Source: Candidatus Staskawiczbacteria bacterium (GTDB taxonomy: Bacteria > Patescibacteriota > Minisyncoccia > Minisyncoccales > Staskawiczbacteraceae). From it: 64,000 bases of DNA. Shown in pieces: positions 33,878 through 43,985 of the stretch (its first letter is position 1; every line of letters begins with the position of its first letter). The stretch is from positions 12,498 through 76,497 of the forward strand of contig CAVZWH010000024.1 of NCBI GenBank assembly GCA_963778905.1. The letters are read 5' to 3'. The notes below the pieces were generated by a model. The model had not been told where the DNA came from, made no database searches, and worked only from the letters and a program-made list of their open reading frames with translations. The position numbers and the translations under genes are program-made.

Positions 33878-35608
33878 ATGAATTTTTTCGGAAAAACAAA
33901 GGAAGTTGTTTTGAAGCACAAGTTTATTACGTTAGTAATTATTATTATTTTATGCGTTGGCGGATATTACGGCTACGGATTAATTTTTCCTAAAAAAACA
34001 AGCACAACCTATGTAACCTCTCAGGCAGCAAATGGAACGGTTACAACGTCGGTGTCCGGTTCCGGTCAAGTTGCCGCATCAAGCACTCTAAGCCTGCAAT
34101 TTCAGGCTTCCGGCACTCTTACTTATTTACCGGTACAGAATGGGCAAACTGTTTCAAGGGGGCAACTTATTGCCGAGCTAGATACAACTACCGCGCAAGA
34201 ATCCATCACAAACGATGAATCACAACTTCAGTCAGCGCAAATTTCTTTGCAAAAATTGGAAGGAGCAAGCACGTTGACCACTCCTCAAAACAAACAAGAC
34301 GCTTTAAATAATTTACAGACTGCAAATAATAATCTAAATCAAGACTATCAGTCGGGTTATAATACGATCTCGAGCGTTTTTACTGATTTGCCAAACATAA
34401 TGACAGATTTGCAAAATACTATTTATGGAAGCACCTTTAACAATTACCAGCAAAACATTGATTATTATACTTACAGCGCAAACACGTACGATCCGTCTGC
34501 AATTAATTTTAAAACTGGTTTAGTTGCATCATATCAAACAGCTTCAACGGATTATGCAAAAAATTTCAGCGATTACGAATCATTAACTACATCATCCAGT
34601 AATAGCAACATTGACTCTATGATTACCGAGACATACAATACGGCAAAGGATATTGCCCAGGCTATAAAAGATACAAACAATCTTATTCAATTTTATGAAG
34701 ACACTCTTACTAAATACAATATAAAAGTAAATTCTGCTGCAACTTCCCAGCTCGCAACTATTAATAGTGATTCAGTTAAAGCAGATAGCGACATTACAAG
34801 CTTGCTAAATATTCAAAACACTATTAAAAATGATGAAAATACAATATCAACTGACAACGAAGCAGTTGCTAATTCAGATTTAGATTTGCAATCTGCGCAA
34901 CTATCAGTTCAAAATGCGCAGAACAGTCTTGCCAATGACAAAGCTAATCTTGCCAATTATTATATTTATGCTCCGTTTGATGGTGCGTTGGGTAAAATAA
35001 CTGCAGAAGTCGGCCAGCAAGTCGGATCTGGAACATCTATTGCAACAATAGTCACAACGCAGGACATCTGCACAATTCCTTTAAATGAAGTTGATGCTGC
35101 AAAAGTTTCTCAAGGACAAGACGTTGTGCTAACTTTTAATGCTCTTCCAAATTTAACTGTTGCAGGAAAAGTTGCAACCATAGACCCAATTGGAACGGTT
35201 ACATCAGGAGTTGTCACATATAATGTGCAGATTAGTTTTGCAACGCAAGATTCAAGAGTAAAATCCGGAATGAGCATAAATGCGGAAATTATAACAGGCG
35301 TGGCGCAAAATGTTTTAGTAGTTCCAAATTCGGCAATAAAATCCCAAGGGACAACAAAATATGTCCAGGTTTTGGTTAATGGCGTGCCTCAAACAAAAAT
35401 AGTTACCGTTGGATTGAGCAGCGTTACGAGCACTCAAATTTTATCCGGACTTAATGTCGGTGATAAAGTTATAACCCAAACAGTGACAACCGGTGCCACG
35501 AGCACAAGCACGACGGGAACAGCTGGCGCTTCAACACTTAGACTTGGCGGCGGTGGGGGATTTGGCGGTGGAGGCGGAGGCTCTATAAGAGTGAGCGGTG
35601 GCCTTTAA
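33878..35608 (+). CDS. HlyD/MacA-family periplasmic adaptor (membrane fusion protein) with long coiled-coil and Gly-rich tail
   Basis: N-terminal TM, biotinyl/lipoyl-like hairpin (GTLTYLPVQNGQTVSRGQLIAELD), long coiled coil, C-terminal beta-barrel domain, GGGGGFGGGGGG tail. Confidence 0.65.
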   Translation: MNFFGKTKEVVLKHKFITLVIIIILCVGGYYGYGLIFPKKTSTTYVTSQAANGTVTTSVSGSGQVAASSTLSLQFQASGTLTYLPVQNGQTVSRGQLIAELDTTTAQESITNDESQLQSAQISLQKLEGASTLTTPQNKQDALNNLQTANNNLNQDYQSGYNTISSVFTDLPNIMTDLQNTIYGSTFNNYQQNIDYYTYSANTYDPSAINFKTGLVASYQTASTDYAKNFSDYESLTTSSSNSNIDSMITETYNTAKDIAQAIKDTNNLIQFYEDTLTKYNIKVNSAATSQLATINSDSVKADSDITSLLNIQNTIKNDENTISTDNEAVANSDLDLQSAQLSVQNAQNSLANDKANLANYYIYAPFDGALGKITAEVGQQVGSGTSIATIVTTQDICTIPLNEVDAAKVSQGQDVVLTFNALPNLTVAGKVATIDPIGTVTSGVVTYNVQISFATQDSRVKSGMSINAEIITGVAQNVLVVPNSAIKSQGTTKYVQVLVNGVPQTKIVTVGLSSVTSTQILSGLNVGDKVITQTVTTGATSTSTTGTAGASTLRLGGGGGFGGGGGGSIRVSGGL

Positions 35609-35728
35609 TTCAAATTAAAATGATAGAGTGCAAAAATATAAAAAAATTTACAGCTTCTATTTATTTTTTAAATGAAGGGTGCAAGCTCAATAAAATTCGG
35701 AAGTTCGAAATAAATTAATCTTGTAAAA

Positions 35729-36475
35729 ATGATAGAGTGTAAAGATATAAAAAAAATTTATAACAACGGAGGCGAAGAAACGATTGTATTAAAAGGAATT
35801 TCTTTTAAAATAACTGATGGTGAATTCATCGCGATTATGGGTCCGTCTGGTTCTGGAAAATCAACTTTGATGCATATTCTGGGCGCGTTAGATTCGCCAA
35901 CTAGCGGAACTTATTTATTGGATAATAAAGATGTTTCAAAACTTTCCGATAATGAATTGGCATACACACGAAGAAATAAAATCGGATTTGTTTTTCAATC
36001 TTACAATTTATTGCCAAGAGCAACCGTATTAAAAAATGTGATGATGCCTTTAATGTATGCAGGAGTTCCAATTAAACAAAGGGAAGAAAAAGCAATCGAA
36101 TGCTTAGTCGCGGCTGGGCTTCCTGATAATCGCTGGCATCATTTTTCAAACCAGCTTTCCGGCGGTCAGATGCAAAGAGTTGCCATCGCCAGGTCTTTAG
36201 TTAACGATCCTTCAATTATTTTGGCTGACGAGCCTACGGGAAATTTGGATTCAAAAACAGGAGAAATTGTTTTGGCGACGTTTCAGAAGTTAAATGATGA
36301 CAAAAAGGTTACCATTGTTTTAATTACGCACGAAAGATATGTTGCCGAGCACGCAAACAGAATTATACATATTTTAGACGGAGAAATTGTGCAAGATGAA
36401 AAAAATATCAAAAGACGCAAGGCCGACATTAATGGAAATTCTCATCAAAACGAATTTGAGGAAATTAAAAAATAA
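35729..36475 (+). CDS. ABC transporter ATP-binding protein (MacB/LolD/FtsE-like)
   Basis: GPSGSGKST Walker A, LSGGQMQRVAIARSL signature, ILADEPTGNLD Walker B. Confidence 0.85.
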   Translation: MIECKDIKKIYNNGGEETIVLKGISFKITDGEFIAIMGPSGSGKSTLMHILGALDSPTSGTYLLDNKDVSKLSDNELAYTRRNKIGFVFQSYNLLPRATVLKNVMMPLMYAGVPIKQREEKAIECLVAAGLPDNRWHHFSNQLSGGQMQRVAIARSLVNDPSIILADEPTGNLDSKTGEIVLATFQKLNDDKKVTIVLITHERYVAEHANRIIHILDGEIVQDEKNIKRRKADINGNSHQNEFEEIKK

Positions 36476-36491
36476 TTAAAATATAAATCAA

Positions 36492-37724
36492 ATGAAAGTA
36501 AATGATTTATTTGAAGAAACAACTTCCGCTCTTACCTCAAACAAAATGCGTTCAGGCCTGACGATTTTAGGTATAGTTATTGGAATTGCCTCTGTGATTG
36601 CTATGGTTGCAATTGGAAACGGTAGCCAAAGCTCAATAGACGCCACGATACAGTCAATTGGCTCTAATCTAATTATGGTAACTCCCGGAATGGCAAGAGG
36701 CGCTGGAGCTGGTCCTGTTTCCGCCGGCAGAGGCGGAGCAACAACATTAACTCAGGCAGATTCAGACGCAATTCAAAGCCAGGTTACCTCGATTGGAGCC
36801 ATTTCTCCGGAATTATCAAAAAGATATCAAGTAAAAGCCGACGGGAATAATACAAATACAACGGTTACCGGAACAGTTTCAGCTTATGCAGAAGTTCGTA
36901 ATGAGCAAATGGCTTCCGGTTCATTTATTTCCGACCAAGACGTAGCCAGTCTGTCAAAAGTTGCAGTATTGGGACCTACAACAGAATCTGATTTGTTTGG
37001 TACCGGCGTTGACGCAACCGGACAGACAATAACAATAAATAATATTATTTTTACGATAGTTGGGATTTTAAAGTCAAAAGGTGGAACAGGATTTGGAAAT
37101 CAAGATGACGTAATTTTTGTGCCAATTTCTACGGCTCAGCAATATTTGGCAGGTAATTCAAATAATTTTCTTTCAGAAATTGATATTTCGGCTAGCAGTC
37201 AGAGCAAAATGGCCTCAATTCAAACGCAAGTAACAAATTTACTTTTAGCGCGCCATAATATTACAAATCCGACGCTGGCCGACTTTCAGGTTTTAAATCA
37301 ACAAGACATTGTAAATACTGCTTCGTCAGTTACAAACACGATGACTATTTTATTGGCATCAGTTGCCGGAATTTCGCTTGTCGTTGGAGGAATTGGAATT
37401 ATGAATATGATGTTGACAACGGTTACTGAAAGGACGCGGGAAATTGGATTAAGAAAAGCAATTGGAGCAGATGAAGCAGACATTAATATACAATTTTTAA
37501 CAGAATCTTTTATGCTGACTCTCATTGGAGGAATAATCGGAATTGCTTTAGGATGGACCGTCTCATGGGGCATAACAAAATTTACAGGAACAGCAACAAG
37601 CGTTTCAATGCTGTCAATTATCCTGGCATTTGGAGTTTCAGCTGTGATTGGAGTTGTCTTTGGATATTATCCCGCAAGACGTGCGTCAAAACTAAATCCA
37701 ATCGAAGCATTGAGGTATGAATAA
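36492..37724 (+). CDS. ABC transporter permease, FtsX/MacB-type
   Basis: N-terminal TM, large periplasmic domain, C-terminal 3-TM FtsX domain (TERTREIGLRKAIGA). Confidence 0.8.
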   Translation: MKVNDLFEETTSALTSNKMRSGLTILGIVIGIASVIAMVAIGNGSQSSIDATIQSIGSNLIMVTPGMARGAGAGPVSAGRGGATTLTQADSDAIQSQVTSIGAISPELSKRYQVKADGNNTNTTVTGTVSAYAEVRNEQMASGSFISDQDVASLSKVAVLGPTTESDLFGTGVDATGQTITINNIIFTIVGILKSKGGTGFGNQDDVIFVPISTAQQYLAGNSNNFLSEIDISASSQSKMASIQTQVTNLLLARHNITNPTLADFQVLNQQDIVNTASSVTNTMTILLASVAGISLVVGGIGIMNMMLTTVTERTREIGLRKAIGADEADINIQFLTESFMLTLIGGIIGIALGWTVSWGITKFTGTATSVSMLSIILAFGVSAVIGVVFGYYPARRASKLNPIEALRYE

Positions 37725-37831
37725 TTTTTAAATTTTATAATTTTTAAATAATTTCTTAATTTCTTAATTTTTAAAAATTTGATCATTGTATCATTATTTT
37801 AAAAATTGAAAAATTAGAAATTAAAAATTTA

Positions 37832-38278
37832 ATGAGCAAAACATATAAAATCGTTACAGCAATCATTGTGTTGCTGGTCGTAGGTGGCGGAGCGTTTTAT
37901 TTTGGAATGAATTATGGCAAAAGCCAAGCTGCGACAACCGCAACTGCGGCGCGCGCAGGTTTTGCCGGTAGAACGGGACGAACGGGAGCAGCCGGAGCAG
38001 GTTTTACCACCGGAACCATTCTTTCCAATGACGGAAGCACTATAACTTTGCAATTACCGGCAAGCACTGGTGGTTCAAAAATAATTTTATATTCAACTGC
38101 AACTCAAATTTCTAAAACCACAGCCGGAACATCAGCTGATTTAGCAGTTGGCACATCTGTAAGTGTGACTGGAACAACAAATTCTGATGGAAGTGTAACG
38201 GCTAATTCAATTCAAATCAGACCAGCAGGTGTAAATCCTGGAGGCCCAAACATACCAACATCAGCTGCAGGTCAGTAA
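37832..38278 (+). CDS. hypothetical secreted protein (DUF5666-like)
   Basis: Signal anchor + Gly/Ala/Thr-rich region + NDGSTITLQL / NSDGSVTANSIQI repeats; paralog-like to 33306-33833. Confidence 0.4.
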   Translation: MSKTYKIVTAIIVLLVVGGGAFYFGMNYGKSQAATTATAARAGFAGRTGRTGAAGAGFTTGTILSNDGSTITLQLPASTGGSKIILYSTATQISKTTAGTSADLAVGTSVSVTGTTNSDGSVTANSIQIRPAGVNPGGPNIPTSAAGQ

Positions 38279-38305
38279 AAATATAATTATTTCATTGTGT
38301 GACAT

Positions 38306-38803
38306 ATGAACAAAATATTAATAGGTTTAGTCATAGTATTAATTATAATCGCAGTTGTGGCAATATATTTTTCTTTGCCAAAACAAAATAATAAACCAAT
38401 AATGCAAAATCAAATAAATCAAAATCCTCAACAAAGTGGAAGCTCTCCAACTGCAACTACTAGTTTCGATATTCAAGGAATGAAGGTTGAAATTTTAAAA
38501 CAAGGAACCGGCGAAGGGGCAAAAGTGGGGGACAACATAGTGGTAAATTATGTTGGAACTTTAACAGATGGCACAAAATTTGATTCTTCAATTGACAGAA
38601 ACCAGCCATTTCCATATACTTTGGGCCAAAATATGGTTATAAAAGGATGGGAGCTTGGGCTTTTGGGAATGAAAGTCGGTGAAAAAAGAAAACTGACAAT
38701 TCCGCCGGAATTAGCATACGGAGAAGCAGGGCGTCCACCGGTTATTCCTCAAAACGCAACCTTAATATTTGAAATTGATATGTTGTCTATTAACGGTAAA
38801 TAG
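38306..38803 (+). CDS. FKBP-type peptidyl-prolyl cis-trans isomerase (membrane-anchored)
   Basis: YVGTLTDGTKFDSS...PFPYTLGQNMVIKGWELGLLGMKVGEKRKLTIPPELAYG FKBP core. Confidence 0.8.
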   Translation: MNKILIGLVIVLIIIAVVAIYFSLPKQNNKPIMQNQINQNPQQSGSSPTATTSFDIQGMKVEILKQGTGEGAKVGDNIVVNYVGTLTDGTKFDSSIDRNQPFPYTLGQNMVIKGWELGLLGMKVGEKRKLTIPPELAYGEAGRPPVIPQNATLIFEIDMLSINGK

Positions 38804-38820
38804 AAATTATCACAAAATCA

Positions 38821-38847
38821 AAAAACCGGGCTTTACCCGGTTTTTTG
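38821..38847 (+). terminator. rho-independent terminator
   Basis: accgggc-ttt-acccggt hairpin + TTTTTTG. Confidence 0.75.
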
Positions 38848-38929
38848 ATTAAACGCTTGACATGCGTCTGCATTTATAATATAATAGATTATCTAATAGT
38901 TAGGTAATCAAACTATTAAACAATCATCT

Positions 38930-39349
38930 ATGGAGATTAATGAAAAACTATTATCTGCGATATTTAATATCGGCGGATTAATAAAAGAAAAAATGCATGC
39001 AAGCGATTGCTTAAAGGACTTTACATATTCAGAATTTGAAGTTTTAAAATTTGTAGGAAGCAACAAAAATACAACGATGAAATCGATAGCTAATTATCTG
39101 CACATAAAACCTTCTTCGGCAACTCCTGTAATTGATGGCTTGGTAAAAAAGGGGAACATAAAAAGAACACAAAGCAAAGATGACAGAAGGGTGCTTTATA
39201 TAGCCATAACGCCAAAAGGATTGAAATCTTTACAAAAAAAGTATAAAAATATACATAAAACTATTGAAAAAGTTTTTGGAAAGCTTAGTGATAAAGATAA
39301 AAAAACATTAATAAAAATATTTGAAAAAATTCATGCAGAAAATATATAA
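38930..39349 (+). CDS. MarR-family transcriptional regulator
   Basis: Winged-HTH MarR pattern (FTYSEFEVLKFV...MKSIANYLHIKPSSATPVIDGLVKKGNIKR). Confidence 0.7.
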   Translation: MEINEKLLSAIFNIGGLIKEKMHASDCLKDFTYSEFEVLKFVGSNKNTTMKSIANYLHIKPSSATPVIDGLVKKGNIKRTQSKDDRRVLYIAITPKGLKSLQKKYKNIHKTIEKVFGKLSDKDKKTLIKIFEKIHAENI

Positions 39350-40841
39350 AAATCTAATCATAGCAGGAATTGTAATAGTAGCAATCGGAATTGCTGTTTT
39401 GCTGTGGATGTTCTTTGGCAGAAGTTCGCCATTAATTCTGTCTTCAGTCCAAGCACACAATGGCGACATCACAGAAAAAATAAATTTAACAGGACAAGTT
39501 AAGGCATCTCAGGGCGTTGATTTGGCTTTTGTGGCTTCTGGAAAGATTATAGCAAATTACGTAAAAGCCGGTGATAAAATTTATGCTGGTCAAAGTTTGG
39601 CTGTTCTTGATCAAAATTCGGCAATGGCAACTTTGACAATCGCAAAAGGAGCATTGGCTCAGGCGCAAGCAAACTACGACAAGCTTTTAGCGGGCACGAC
39701 TCAGCAAAACATTCAGACAGTTCAAGATTCTATAAATTTATCTAAACAAAATTTAACCAACGCATATAACGGAGCTATAAACACATTGAATAATGCTTAC
39801 ACCAGCATATATAACGCATACAATGTTGCTGTTTTAATGCAAAATAATTATTTTTCAGCGCAGGATCAGCAAGGCATTCAGGTTTCTGACGCGAGAAATG
39901 ATATCAATAGCAACATGCAAAATGCGCAAAATTATTTGAATACAGCTGAAAAATCTTTGGCGCCCGCAGACATTGATACAAATGTCACGCAAATGATTTT
40001 AGCACTTAACAATGTTTATGACGATATAAATACTATTAGAGCTCAATGCGACCAGGGAATATATTATTCCAAAGTTGTGGCTGGAGATAAAGCATCTTTG
40101 GACACTCAAAAAACATCTATTAACACAACCTTGACCGGTGTTACTGCTTTGCAGCAAAATATTGCATCTTTGAAATTAGTTTTACAATCAGCACAAGACC
40201 AGTTAAGCGTCGCAACAGCTCCACCGACGCAAGAAAACATTAAATCAGCCAAAGCTCAAATACTTTCAGCTCAAGGGCAAGTTGATTTGGCGCAGGCTGC
40301 TGTAAATAACACAATTTTATTTGCGCCATTCAGTGGCCAGGTTGATAAAGATAATGTTGTTGTCGGTTCAATTGCATCTCCCAACGCGCCGGTAATAACA
40401 ATTTCAAATAATAATCTTGAAATAGACACGAGTGTTCCCGAGATTGATGTAGCAAATACAAAAATTGGAGATTTAGCAAACGTTGCTTTAGATGCATTTG
40501 GAAATGACACTATTTTTCCGGCAACAATTATTTCTATTGATTCAGCTCCGTCAATTGTAAATGGCATATCGGTTTATGGCGCCAAATTAAAATTTAATAA
40601 TTCAGACAGCAGAATAAATCCTGGCATGACGGCCAACATAACCGTAATCTCTGATACTCATTCAAATGTTTTGATAGTTCCGATATCGGCAGTCATACAA
40701 CAAAATGGCAAATATTTTGTGATAGTTGATAAAGGAAATTCTCAAAAAGAATCTAGAGAAATTACTGTCGGCCTGAGAGATGACAAAAATATTGAAATAA
40801 CTTCTGGATTATCATTAAACGAAAAAGTACTTGCATATTAA
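39321..40841 (+). CDS. HlyD-family efflux periplasmic adaptor
   Basis: N-terminal TM, lipoyl-like hairpin, long coiled coil, C-terminal beta-barrel. Confidence 0.6.
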   Translation: MKKFMQKIYKNLIIAGIVIVAIGIAVLLWMFFGRSSPLILSSVQAHNGDITEKINLTGQVKASQGVDLAFVASGKIIANYVKAGDKIYAGQSLAVLDQNSAMATLTIAKGALAQAQANYDKLLAGTTQQNIQTVQDSINLSKQNLTNAYNGAINTLNNAYTSIYNAYNVAVLMQNNYFSAQDQQGIQVSDARNDINSNMQNAQNYLNTAEKSLAPADIDTNVTQMILALNNVYDDINTIRAQCDQGIYYSKVVAGDKASLDTQKTSINTTLTGVTALQQNIASLKLVLQSAQDQLSVATAPPTQENIKSAKAQILSAQGQVDLAQAAVNNTILFAPFSGQVDKDNVVVGSIASPNAPVITISNNNLEIDTSVPEIDVANTKIGDLANVALDAFGNDTIFPATIISIDSAPSIVNGISVYGAKLKFNNSDSRINPGMTANITVISDTHSNVLIVPISAVIQQNGKYFVIVDKGNSQKESREITVGLRDDKNIEITSGLSLNEKVLAY

Positions 40842-41508
40842 AACTATGGAAAATAAAACTTTAGAAAATTTAGAAAAAGCAGAAAAAAAAATTGTTAAGA
40901 GCACCCGCAATAAAATAATCGCGGTGATTGTTGTTGCGGTGGTAATCTTGGGTAGCGTAATCGGGTTAATATATTGGAACATTGTTTCACACAGAGTTTA
41001 CATAGAAAATTCTTCAATATCAGCCCCCGTGGTTAATTTGTCTCCATCAGTTGGCGGAATTTTACAAGAAGTTTATGTTAATGTTGGCGACGAAGTGCAA
41101 AATTCGGCGCCAATTGCAAGAGTTGGCAACGAGTTGATAAAAGCGCCCTTGGCAGGCCAAATTTTATCTATAAATACAAGCATAGGAACTTCGTTCGGGC
41201 CAGGCCAGGCGGTCGCCACAATGATAAATCCAAACGATTTAAGAGTTGTCGGGCAGGTTGAGGAAGACAAAGGATTGTCACAAATAAAAATCGGGCAACA
41301 GGCAATTTTCACAGTTGATGCTTTTGGTTCAAAAGAATATTCCGGTATTGTAGACGAAATTAGTCCGACTTCCGACGCGGGCGACATTGTTTTTAATATT
41401 TCTGGCACAAGGCAGGAAATGAATTTTGATGTTAAGGTAAGATTTGACACAACTCAATACCCAGAATTAAAAAACGGAATGTCAGCAAAACTTTGGATTT
41501 ACAAATAG
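40831..41508 (+). CDS. HlyD/EmrA-family membrane fusion protein (short)
   Basis: N-terminal TM, biotinyl/lipoyl-like motifs (APLAGQILSINTSIGTSFGPGQAVATM). Confidence 0.55.
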   Translation: MHIKTMENKTLENLEKAEKKIVKSTRNKIIAVIVVAVVILGSVIGLIYWNIVSHRVYIENSSISAPVVNLSPSVGGILQEVYVNVGDEVQNSAPIARVGNELIKAPLAGQILSINTSIGTSFGPGQAVATMINPNDLRVVGQVEEDKGLSQIKIGQQAIFTVDAFGSKEYSGIVDEISPTSDAGDIVFNISGTRQEMNFDVKVRFDTTQYPELKNGMSAKLWIYK

Positions 41509-41518
41509 ATAAATAAAA

Positions 41519-43024
41519 ATGATTCAAGAAGACCATCCAAATTTTAAGTGGCTTGTGTTGCTCACTGTAATTATCGGAACTTTTTTGGGCAGATTAGATC
41601 AGACAATCGTAAACCTGGCTCTGCCAAAAATAATTGAAGATTTCAAAATTACAATTACCGCAGCCGGCTGGATTGCAACCGCGTACATATTAGCTAACGC
41701 GGTTTTTGTTCCTATTTGGGGAAAATTGGGCGACACCGTGGGCAGAAAAAAAATTTATATTTTGGGTTTTTCAATTTTTATTTTTGGCTCGGCTTTGGCA
41801 GGATTTGCGTGGAATCTAAGTTCTATGATTGTTTTTAGAATTATCCAAGCTGTCGCAAGTTCGGCAGATTATCCAACAGCCATGGCAATTTTAGCGGTAA
41901 CTTTTAAGCAGGGCAGGGAGCGGGCGCAGGCATTGGGTTTGTGGTCGGTTTCTTTTGCGGCAGCCGCGGTTTGTGGCCCGTTAATAGGAGGTCCTATGAT
42001 TGATGCATTTGGCTGGAGGAGCATATTTTTGTTAAATATTCCGGTTGGTCTTGTTGGGCTTGCAATGGCTTTTATTTTTGTCAGAGAGTCGGTTTCCGAA
42101 CACAAAACAATACATTTTGACTGGTCGGGCGCAATTGTTCTTGGCACGGCTCTTTCGGCATTAGTTTTGGTTCTTGACCAGGGAAGCGCTTGGGGCTGGT
42201 TAGCATATCAAAGCATAATTTGTTATATTGCTACAATTTTATTTACAATTATTTTTGTGTTTATAGAAAAATTTGCAGCCGAACCGATTGTTGACCTTAA
42301 GTTTTTCAAAAATAGCGTTTTTGTAAACACTTTAACAAATAATTTTATTACTTTTATGGCGTTATCGGGCGCATTATTTTTGGTTCCGATTTTTGTTGAA
42401 ACTTATTTAGGATATGACGCCACAAAAACCGGATATTTATTTATTCCGATGGCTCTTTTTATGGTGGTGGCCTCGGCAATTGGCGGAAGTTTGACTGGAA
42501 AAGTCCAGCCAAGATATGTAATTTTTGCCAGTACTTTTGTGGCATCCATTGGGTTGTTTATGTTTTCAGGTTTAGACCCAAGGACAAGCGCCATGGGCAT
42601 AATTATTCCTCTTTCGGTAATGGCTTTTGGGCTGGGTTTTGGCATGGCGCAGAGAACATCTGTTATTGCCGCCGTTGTGCCAACCGAAGAAATTGGAGTT
42701 GCTTCATCAATTTTGGCGCTTGGCAGAAATATCGCCGGAGCTTTTGGCATTGCAATTTTTGGCACAATTTTAACTAACGTCACAAATACAAATGTTTTGA
42801 ATATCGCTTATCACAGCACAATAAAAATTTTAAATCCGCAAATTTACCAGCAGGCAGTGGAATTAATTATTCTGAAAGCCCAGGTTGACGCGTACCAGCC
42901 GGTTTTTATTTCAGCCGCGGTTGTATTGCTGATAGGAGCCGCGCTTTCCTTATTGATTAAGGTCTCTAAAGAAAAAATGCACGGAGGAGCGCATGACGGC
43001 CAAGAAGTTTTTATTGAAGTTTAG
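41519..43024 (+). CDS. MFS transporter, DHA2 (EmrB/QacA) drug-efflux family, 14 TM
   Basis: GRLDQTIVNLALP, GKLGDTVGRKK motif A, 14 hydrophobic segments. Confidence 0.8.
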   Translation: MIQEDHPNFKWLVLLTVIIGTFLGRLDQTIVNLALPKIIEDFKITITAAGWIATAYILANAVFVPIWGKLGDTVGRKKIYILGFSIFIFGSALAGFAWNLSSMIVFRIIQAVASSADYPTAMAILAVTFKQGRERAQALGLWSVSFAAAAVCGPLIGGPMIDAFGWRSIFLLNIPVGLVGLAMAFIFVRESVSEHKTIHFDWSGAIVLGTALSALVLVLDQGSAWGWLAYQSIICYIATILFTIIFVFIEKFAAEPIVDLKFFKNSVFVNTLTNNFITFMALSGALFLVPIFVETYLGYDATKTGYLFIPMALFMVVASAIGGSLTGKVQPRYVIFASTFVASIGLFMFSGLDPRTSAMGIIIPLSVMAFGLGFGMAQRTSVIAAVVPTEEIGVASSILALGRNIAGAFGIAIFGTILTNVTNTNVLNIAYHSTIKILNPQIYQQAVELIILKAQVDAYQPVFISAAVVLLIGAALSLLIKVSKEKMHGGAHDGQEVFIEV

Positions 43025-43036
43025 AAACAGAACGAT

Positions 43037-43061
43037 AAAATCGCCGAAAGGCGATTTTTTT
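43037..43061 (+). terminator. rho-independent terminator
   Basis: aaatcgcc-gaaa-ggcgatttttttt. Confidence 0.8.
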
Positions 43062-43086
43062 GGTACAATAAACGTATAAATAGTAT

Positions 43087-43629
43087 ATGAAAAAATATGA
43101 AACAATAGTTTTAGGCGGAGGGTGTTTTTGGTGCACAGAAGCTGTGTTTAAGATGCTAAAGGGAATTATTTCAGTTGAACCAGGATATGCCGGAGGCACA
43201 AAAGAAAACCCAACTTACGAGGAAGTTTGTTCTGGAAAAACCGGGCATGCTGAGGTCATAAAAATTGAATATGACCCAAAAATTATTTCTTTTGAAAAAA
43301 TTTTAACAGTATTTTTTGCAAGCCACGATCCAACAACTATAAACAAGCAAAGAAATGACGTGGGCGAACAATACAGGTCAATGATTTTATATACAAATGA
43401 AAATCAAAAAACTGAAGCAGAAAATTTTATAAAAAAATTAAATGACTCCAGCAAAGAAGATAAGCCGATTGTCACGGAAACAAAATCTTTTGATAAATTC
43501 TATTCAGCAGAAAATTATCACAAAGATTACTACAAAAATCATCCAAAGAAAGCTTACTGCCAGGTTGTCATAAATCCAAAATTAGATAAAGTAAAAGAAA
43601 AATTTGCAAATTTATTAAAAAATTTATGA
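43087..43629 (+). CDS. msrA: peptide methionine sulfoxide reductase MsrA
   Basis: GGGCFWC active site, EVCSGKTGHAEVIKIEYDP. Confidence 0.85.
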   Translation: MKKYETIVLGGGCFWCTEAVFKMLKGIISVEPGYAGGTKENPTYEEVCSGKTGHAEVIKIEYDPKIISFEKILTVFFASHDPTTINKQRNDVGEQYRSMILYTNENQKTEAENFIKKLNDSSKEDKPIVTETKSFDKFYSAENYHKDYYKNHPKKAYCQVVINPKLDKVKEKFANLLKNL

Positions 43630-43979
43630 AAAAAGATTTCAAAAATTTAGCTACAGAGCAGTATAAAATAATGAGAGAGAAGGGGACTGAGACACCTTTT
43701 ACGGGCAAGTATGTCCACGAGACAAAAAACGGAACATATAATTGCGCCGCCTGCGGAAATCCTTTATTCAAATCAGATGCAAAATTTGATTCTGGTACCG
43801 GTTGGCCGAGTTTCGACCAGGCGATAGAAGGTTCTGTGGAATATAAACCAGATGGAAACCGCACGGAAATAATTTGTTCAAAATGTAAATCTCATTTAGG
43901 CCACGTATTTGATGATGGTCCGACCAAAACTGGTAAACGTTATTGCATCAATTCTGTGTGCTTGGATTTGAAATCCTAA
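43626..43979 (+). CDS. msrB: peptide methionine-(R)-S-oxide reductase MsrB
   Basis: CAACGNPLF...GWPSF...CSKCKSHLGHVFDDGP zinc/active-site motifs; overlaps msrA by 4 nt. Confidence 0.85.
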   Translation: MKKDFKNLATEQYKIMREKGTETPFTGKYVHETKNGTYNCAACGNPLFKSDAKFDSGTGWPSFDQAIEGSVEYKPDGNRTEIICSKCKSHLGHVFDDGPTKTGKRYCINSVCLDLKS

Positions 43980-43985
43980 AAATAA

